Translations under genes and position numbers: made by a program | The notes under the pieces: generated by a model | The model's input: the letters and a program-made list of their open reading frames with translations, nothing else | Databases searched by the model: none | What the model was told of the DNA's origin: nothing | Shown: piece by piece, positions 59,015 through 64,000 of the stretch | Layout: the number at the start of each line of letters is the position of its first letter | How positions within the stretch are numbered: position 1 is the stretch's first letter | DNA from: an uncultured Phycisphaeraceae bacterium | Lineage (GTDB): Bacteria; Planctomycetota; Phycisphaerae; WQYP01 | Direction: 5' to 3' | Assembly (NCBI GenBank): GCA_964610975.1 | Contig: CAZSYN010000007.1 | Coordinates: 26,150-90,149 of the forward strand | DNA length: 64,000 nucleotides

Positions 59015-59851
59015 TCAGACCCAGGCCAACGTTCGCGGCTCTTCATAACCGGTAGGCCAAAAGCCGCTCTGCCGGCATTGCCGCAACTGCTGGATGGCAA
59101 TTTCGTTTTCCCGCGCGGCCGTTGCCAGCACCTCTTCGCCGATCTTCCAGACGCCGCAGCGGAACGGCTGCTTTTTCTCCACCGCAATCAGATGCACCGG
59201 AATTTCACGCGGATCCATCCGTGCAGCCGCCGCCAGAATCGACCTGTAAAACGCCAGTTGATGCGTGTATCCATACCGCCGGGCATCCGCCTCAAACCAG
59301 GTCAGATCGTCGCAGGTCTTGAGATCCACAATCGCCGCGCCGGCCACCAGCGAGAACCAGTCCAGCCGGATCTGGCATGCTACGCCATGCCACTGACAGC
59401 GCGTCACGGCCTCGGCAATTCCTTTGGAGAGCAACTGCCGCGCGATGCTCTGGCTCATCACCCCCTCGGCCATCTGGTCGATCATCCGCGCCTGGTCGGT
59501 GGTGATCACCGGCTTGCCCTGCGCCATCGCCCACTCAGCAAAAGCCTTGGTGGCGGCGCCATACGGCTCGCCGGTTTTCGGATTCACCGGCCCGCCGATG
59601 GCATACTCAGAGAGCAGTTTCTTGCGGCCTTCCAGAATCAGCGTGTGAGCGGCCCGGCCGATCTGGTACGCCGGGCGATCCTCATCGGCGATCTGCCCCG
59701 ACTGTTTTCGCAGGTAAAGCTGCGGGCAGCGCCGAAAGTCCGCCAGCCGGTGACTGGTCAGGTAATTCACTCTGGCCGCGTGGTACTTTTCCGCCGGCTC
59801 GTGAATGAGCAGATCCAGGTTGATTGGTGTGGGTTGGTCCATGGTATTCAA
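59015..59851 (-). CDS. PD-(D/E)XK-superfamily nuclease (Cas4/RecB-like exonuclease, putative)
   Basis: It follows Sak4 and DUF669 in the conserved module, and its length and composition fit. Assignment rests on context. Confidence 0.45.
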   Translation of the reverse strand: MNTMDQPTPINLDLLIHEPAEKYHAARVNYLTSHRLADFRRCPQLYLRKQSGQIADEDRPAYQIGRAAHTLILEGRKKLLSEYAIGGPVNPKTGEPYGAATKAFAEWAMAQGKPVITTDQARMIDQMAEGVMSQSIARQLLSKGIAEAVTRCQWHGVACQIRLDWFSLVAGAAIVDLKTCDDLTWFEADARRYGYTHQLAFYRSILAAAARMDPREIPVHLIAVEKKQPFRCGVWKIGEEVLATAARENEIAIQQLRQCRQSGFWPTGYEEPRTLAWV

Positions 59852-59908
59852 AATTCACTCCTCCTATAGTTGTATTTTTGGGCTTTGGGACGATTGTGAG
59901 CAGAAAAA

Positions 59909-60463
59909 TCACAAAACAGCGGTCGGTGCGATCTGGGCAAAGACGGGCCGGAGCCTTTTGAGCGTGCGATAGACCGCTGAAGGGAAGACTCCCAGCCGCT
60001 GCGCGGCCTCATAGGGAGATTTACTTGTCATGACCATCTGGCAGATATGTTTATCCTGAGCCGGGAGCGTCTGGAGTACATGCTGGACATCCAATGCCGT
60101 ATCGATCTGCGCAAGCGTCAATTCGGCCGCCGGATCAACGATAAATGCTGTGATTTGCTCTCCCACATCTTCCAGCGAGATGGCGTTTATCACCTGGGCC
60201 TTGCGTGCGTGTTTAAATTCGCGCACATGAAACTTATAGCGGACATTGAGAACCATCGTGATGTAGCGGTCCAATGGGCATCGGGTCGGATCGTAACGCC
60301 GGGCGGCGCGAATCAGGATCATCCAAAAATCCTGCCGCAAATCTTTCTGATCTGCACGCGAAAGACAAAACTTGCATCCCAGCCGCGCCACGCGGAAGTT
60401 GATGCGCTGGGCCGCGGAATCGGAAAGGAACTCGGAATCAGCCGGTGAGGAAGATAAAAGCAT
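59909..60463 (-). CDS. Phage-encoded sigma-70-family (ECF-like) sigma factor
   Basis: Start refined to 60463 with an AGGAG RBS. Region 2 is 'DLRQDFWMILIRAARRYDP...' and region 4 is 'SPYEAAQRLGVFPSAVYRTLKRL'. Confidence 0.6.
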   Translation of the reverse strand: MLLSSSPADSEFLSDSAAQRINFRVARLGCKFCLSRADQKDLRQDFWMILIRAARRYDPTRCPLDRYITMVLNVRYKFHVREFKHARKAQVINAISLEDVGEQITAFIVDPAAELTLAQIDTALDVQHVLQTLPAQDKHICQMVMTSKSPYEAAQRLGVFPSAVYRTLKRLRPVFAQIAPTAVL

Positions 60464-60669
60464 CTGCAAACTCCTGGAGGGAGAGAATGGAGCGGCCGTC
60501 CACAACAGACAGCCTTCAACCCCCAGGCGATTTGCAGATAAGCGCAAGTTGAAAGTGCAAAAAATCAGAAAACGGCCAATTGACAGGGCATTGAAGCCCA
60601 TAAAAAAACTCTTGCACTTGCGCATCAGAGCGCTAAGTGCAAGAGTTCGTGGCTAAACTGCAAAGAGAA

Positions 60670-61650
60670 TTACGATCCGAAATTCAGCACGTCGTCCAGG
60701 TTGGCGGCGATTTCCCAGAGTTTTCGGATTTGCGGATCGTCGTTAAAGCACCGGGTGATGTCATACGATTGAACGCCGGCCCGCAACGCCAGTTCGCTCT
60801 TGGAGGGCCGGGGCAGCAATTCTGCCGACTGGCCGCTCTCGTAGAGGTCGTTGGCGTGTCGATGCGAGGCTCGGATGTGCTCCAGTAACTCGCGGCGGAT
60901 GGCTTCAATTTTGACCGCCCGCTCCGTGCGTTTGCGTTTGGGACGCTTGTTTTGAAAGTTTTCCGGCAGGTGAAGCTGCCCCATCCATGCCGCCTGATGG
61001 GATGGCCAGGAATCGCCGGCAACAAGCGTTGTTCCATTGTGCGTGATGATGTCATTCAGGGAGATCAGCAGACACCGGGCCTCACGGCAGCGATCCGGCA
61101 GGTCGGCGCCCCACAAATCCCGTGTCGGGGTCAGAAGGATGGCGGGTGTCTTGGCGTCGGCAATATATAAACGAATTGCGTCATTCACATCACGTGCCGA
61201 CTGCCCGCAAACCATGATCACTGGAAATGCCGCGGCCGGCTTGGGTTCCCAGTTTCCCAAGATCATCAGATCATGCGTGATTTCAGCTTTGGAGCAGACC
61301 AGTCCCAGCGTCTGGCACAAGACCTGCCGGAGTTTTCGCCGGTCCAGCTCATAGAACACCAGATCCGCAGCATTGAGCTGAATTTTATTGCTGCTATCCT
61401 CGGTATCAATAGCCGCCATGCTCCCGTTCCGATACCGTACCACCCGCCAAGGAAGCTGATGCGGATAAGAAGCGGGATACGACGTGGCCCATCGATCCGT
61501 CGGTTGCAATAACGGCTTAATCGCGGGAAAACAATCCTGCATGCGGCTGCGCCACTCGGCCATGACCGCCACAAGATGTCGTCGCGATTCAAGCAACTGC
61601 CATAAGGGAGCGGACATAACCATTACCTGTGCGCACAAAGCCCCGCGCAT
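60670..61650 (-). CDS. Hypothetical early protein
   Basis: ORF only. Alternative starts at M10 or M12 reduce the overlap with the upstream gene. Confidence 0.4.
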   Translation of the reverse strand: MRGALCAQVMVMSAPLWQLLESRRHLVAVMAEWRSRMQDCFPAIKPLLQPTDRWATSYPASYPHQLPWRVVRYRNGSMAAIDTEDSSNKIQLNAADLVFYELDRRKLRQVLCQTLGLVCSKAEITHDLMILGNWEPKPAAAFPVIMVCGQSARDVNDAIRLYIADAKTPAILLTPTRDLWGADLPDRCREARCLLISLNDIITHNGTTLVAGDSWPSHQAAWMGQLHLPENFQNKRPKRKRTERAVKIEAIRRELLEHIRASHRHANDLYESGQSAELLPRPSKSELALRAGVQSYDITRCFNDDPQIRKLWEIAANLDDVLNFGS

Positions 61651-62788
61651 TCATCCAGCGGGAGAGCAACTCCCCATCCGATTCCCGATCAAAGATCGTG
61701 ACATTGGGCGGGCGGATGATCACGGTGCGCGGGCGAAGAGAATCCGCGAACTTCACACGAAAGCCCGCCCGCAGCAACTTAGCGCCATGCGGAATGATGC
61801 GGCCGATCTGCTCCATGGCATTCAATACGTCATCGGCTCTATGCACTTCCACGTGATATTGCATCACATCATGCCGGAACTGAAGTTCCACCAGGCGGAT
61901 CTCCTCAATCCCTTCAATATCGCGGCAGCATAGGCAGGCTTTCTGCTGTTCGATGATCGGCTCAAGGGTCAGCTTTCCCTCAATGCCCAGGGTATCAAAG
62001 AACGTATCGCTTCCAAACACATGCTTGCCCAGGCACCGGCAATAAGCCAGCTTCTCACCCTTGGTACCGGCATGAATGGCCAGCTCACCTAAATCCGGAT
62101 GATAAACCAGGACATCGAATTTCTCGGGACGGTAATACACGCTGGCCGACTGGCCATTTTCAATAGCTCCTTCCCGCTTGAACGGCTGGCCATGACGAAT
62201 CAAAAACCACAAACCGTCCTTGCGAAGAAACGAAAAGATCCGCGTCCCCCGGCCGCGCTTGCGGGTTTCAAACCAGTCGTTGAGGTCGTTTTCGGCTGCC
62301 TGCATGTATGATGCCGCCGGCAATGTGTTGATTTCCGGTAAATGGGCCGCAGTGGATAAAAATGACTGAAATGACTTGGGCTTGATCAAAAAACGCTCAG
62401 CATGCAGGCTCTCCAGAATATCCGGATTGGCCAGCCATACCCTAACCGCCAGATCCGCCGGGCTGATGTGATCGCCTAAGCCCAGGTCAAGGTTCTGATT
62501 CACAGCTTCGGTACGCAAATCCTCAAAAGAATCCGGCGTGGAGAGTTCGTCAATGAAAAACAGCGCGTCGAGCAGTGCGTCAGGCGTGTTTTCATCCGGC
62601 GACATGAGAATCCCCGCCAGGAAGTCGTAATAGACCGGAGTTTCATTCCCCAGCACCAGGCCGCGCGCCTTGAAAAAATCCGCGAAAGGCTCCAAAAACC
62701 GTACCAGCAAACCGGGATCGATTTGCCTCAGAATGGAAGGATGACAAAAATGCCGCAGCTTAAAATGGCCCGCCATGACGCCCCTCAA
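61589..62788 (-). CDS. Hypothetical early protein (399 aa)
   Basis: ORF only. It is the first gene after the AT-rich region. Confidence 0.45.
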   Translation of the reverse strand: MRGVMAGHFKLRHFCHPSILRQIDPGLLVRFLEPFADFFKARGLVLGNETPVYYDFLAGILMSPDENTPDALLDALFFIDELSTPDSFEDLRTEAVNQNLDLGLGDHISPADLAVRVWLANPDILESLHAERFLIKPKSFQSFLSTAAHLPEINTLPAASYMQAAENDLNDWFETRKRGRGTRIFSFLRKDGLWFLIRHGQPFKREGAIENGQSASVYYRPEKFDVLVYHPDLGELAIHAGTKGEKLAYCRCLGKHVFGSDTFFDTLGIEGKLTLEPIIEQQKACLCCRDIEGIEEIRLVELQFRHDVMQYHVEVHRADDVLNAMEQIGRIIPHGAKLLRAGFRVKFADSLRPRTVIIRPPNVTIFDRESDGELLSRWMNARGFVRTGNGYVRSLMAVA

Positions 62789-63106
62789 CAGTAACTTGCC
62801 AGTGTCAACCGATACCTAACATATACAAAACAAATTACTACTGATTCGAGCTTGAGACAAGTGAAAAGTTTGTATTTTATTAGGTAATGTTTTTACCCCA
62901 TACACAACGTCTTACGTAACAATGTTTTGCGCTAATTGTTAAATTTTTTGTTTCTATCGATAGGGGTATTGAGAGGGATATGGCGGCAGAATGCAATGAT
63001 GCGGACCATGTGATAATGTGGAGCAGACCGGAGCGGGGGTTGGCGAGTCGGCACGTTACTGCCCTATTTACGAAAGCGATATCAACCATGTCCGGAGTGG
63101 AAACGT
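62789..63106. promoter_or_regulatory. AT-rich putative early promoter/operator region
   Basis: It contains a TTACGTAA palindrome at 62912-62919, ATCGAT, and runs of A/T, and lies upstream of the whole minus-strand early operon. Confidence 0.35.
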
Positions 63107-64000
63107 TTACTTACCCTCAAGTGCCTTGCGGGTCTTTTCCAGTTCCGCAGCAATTTCTTTTTCTTTCGGGAGTGTCATCTTGTATTGGGCGGCCATAACC
63201 CGGCTTGGAAGATTTTCCAAGGCGTAATGGGCCAGCGCGGCATCCTTTTGGGTGCAGAGAATAAGTCCCACGGGAGGATTCTCATCCGGCAGAACCCAGT
63301 GCTCCCTGGCATAATTGCAATACAGGTGCATTTGTCCGGCATCGGCATGGGTGAACGCCGTGGTCTTGAGGTCGATAATGACCAAACACCGCAGTCGGCG
63401 GTGGAAAAAGATCAGATCAATGCGATACCACGTGTCGCCAATACGCAGGCGCCGCTGACGCCCGACAAACGTAAAATCACCGCCCAGTTCCAGCAGAAAC
63501 GTTTCCAGATGCTGTATCAGGGCCTCCTCCAGCGTGGATTCCGAGTATTCATCTTTAAGTCCCAGAAATTCCAGCACGAAGGGATCTTTGATTTGTTCTT
63601 CCGCCGTGACCGCGTCTTCGGTTTTTGGGCGATTATGTTTGGTCAGCATGGCCGCTTTGTTGCGACTCAATGCCGTACGTTCGTAGAAAGCCGATCCTAT
63701 CTGGCGTTCGAGTTGTTTGACCGTCCAGCCGCCGCGAAGCGCTTCCGTTTCATAAAAGCGGCGGGCTGGCTCGTTTTCAACCGCAAGTAATCGAACATAG
63801 TGGGACCAAGGCAGGGGGAATACTTCAGATGCCGTCTGAAGTTTTTGGCCGGCCGATTCCTGTAGCCGCCGCTTTCCCCAAATCAATTCTTCAGACGTCG
63901 TCTGAAGAATCTTTTTCATGGGCCAGCCAAGATAAAATCGACGCATTTGAGTGAGATTGACATATCCGAAGCCACGGCCAAATCGCTGCGTCAAATCACT
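63107..64000 (-). CDS. DUF1016 / YhcG-family PD-(D/E)XK nuclease, N-terminally incomplete (continues past the window end)
   Basis: 'FGRGFGYVNLTQMRRFY...LPWSHYVRLLAVENEPARRFYETEALRGGWTVKQLERQI...DPFVLEFLGL...FVGRQRRLRIGDTWYRIDLIFFHRRLRCLVIIDLK'. The frame stays open through position 64000. Confidence 0.8.
   Translation of the reverse strand, partial: SDLTQRFGRGFGYVNLTQMRRFYLGWPMKKILQTTSEELIWGKRRLQESAGQKLQTASEVFPLPWSHYVRLLAVENEPARRFYETEALRGGWTVKQLERQIGSAFYERTALSRNKAAMLTKHNRPKTEDAVTAEEQIKDPFVLEFLGLKDEYSESTLEEALIQHLETFLLELGGDFTFVGRQRRLRIGDTWYRIDLIFFHRRLRCLVIIDLKTTAFTHADAGQMHLYCNYAREHWVLPDENPPVGLILCTQKDAALAHYALENLPSRVMAAQYKMTLPKEKEIAAELEKTRKALEGK

Larger units (their letters stand above)
30205..64000. 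mobile_element. Tailed-phage prophage, at least 33 kb, continuing beyond the window end
   Basis: The block is contiguous, mostly minus-strand, with early, replication, packaging, head and tail modules, and its GC content is ~10 points above the flanking host. The left boundary lies somewhere in 29.6–31.2 kb. The right end, presumably integrase and att, lies outside the window. Confidence 0.75.

Overview
Overview. The window is an accessory-rich stretch of a bacterial chromosome. Several DUF1559 'H-X9-DG' prepilin-like proteins and PEP-CTERM proteins point to a Verrucomicrobia, Lentisphaerae or Planctomycetes-type host; this lineage call is inference from gene content only.

Layout.
- 1–7 kb: a toxin and mobile-element graveyard. 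It holds an intact Fic protein, an intact zeta-like P-loop kinase plus a truncated paralogue, a GHKL ATPase stump fused in frame to a transposase tail, a 3'-truncated IS481/IS3-type transposase, serine-recombinase fragments on opposite strands, and a small inverted-repeat (TIR)-bounded insert.
- 7–30 kb: lower-GC host DNA. It carries two DUF1559 genes and a GntR/PBP-type regulator, a PEP-CTERM protein, and a ~1400-aa LamG-domain secreted protein. A lipoprotein gene is bracketed by two inverted copies of a MITE-like element, followed by a second PEP-CTERM protein. There is also an IS256-family IS next to an IS110-like fragment, a CPBP protease, and a six-gene minus-strand operon of secreted beta-propeller proteins.
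- ~30.2 kb to the window end: a high-GC, almost uni-directional (minus strand) tailed-prophage genome. In order of transcription it reads: early unknowns, a sigma-70-family factor, a Sak4/DUF669/PD-(D/E)XK recombination module, SF2 helicase, PrimPol-helicase, a tandem-HTH regulator, ParB–N6A methyltransferase, HNH endonuclease, large terminase, portal, protease–capsid fusion, head-tail and tail genes, tape measure and distal tail genes.

Most unusual signal. Every sizeable intergenic gap of the prophage structural module between 34.1 and 41.8 kb is filled by a copy of one family of long imperfect palindromes, eight copies in all. Their arms are tandem ~7–8-bp units (CTGTTAG / ACTGTAG / ACTATTAG). 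Two of the eight copies sit in frame inside the portal gene. One copy carries a plus-strand PF05635/TIGR02436 four-helix-bundle gene. That protein family is otherwise encoded inside 23S rRNA intervening sequences and is the family of the diversity-generating retroelement (DGR) accessory protein Avd. No reverse transcriptase or TR/VR repeat pair is present in the window. I interpret these copies as an IVS-like / RPE-like mobile palindromic element family, or as T7-style RNase III processing sites. I regard this as the most novel feature of the window.

No rRNA, tRNA or CRISPR array was found.
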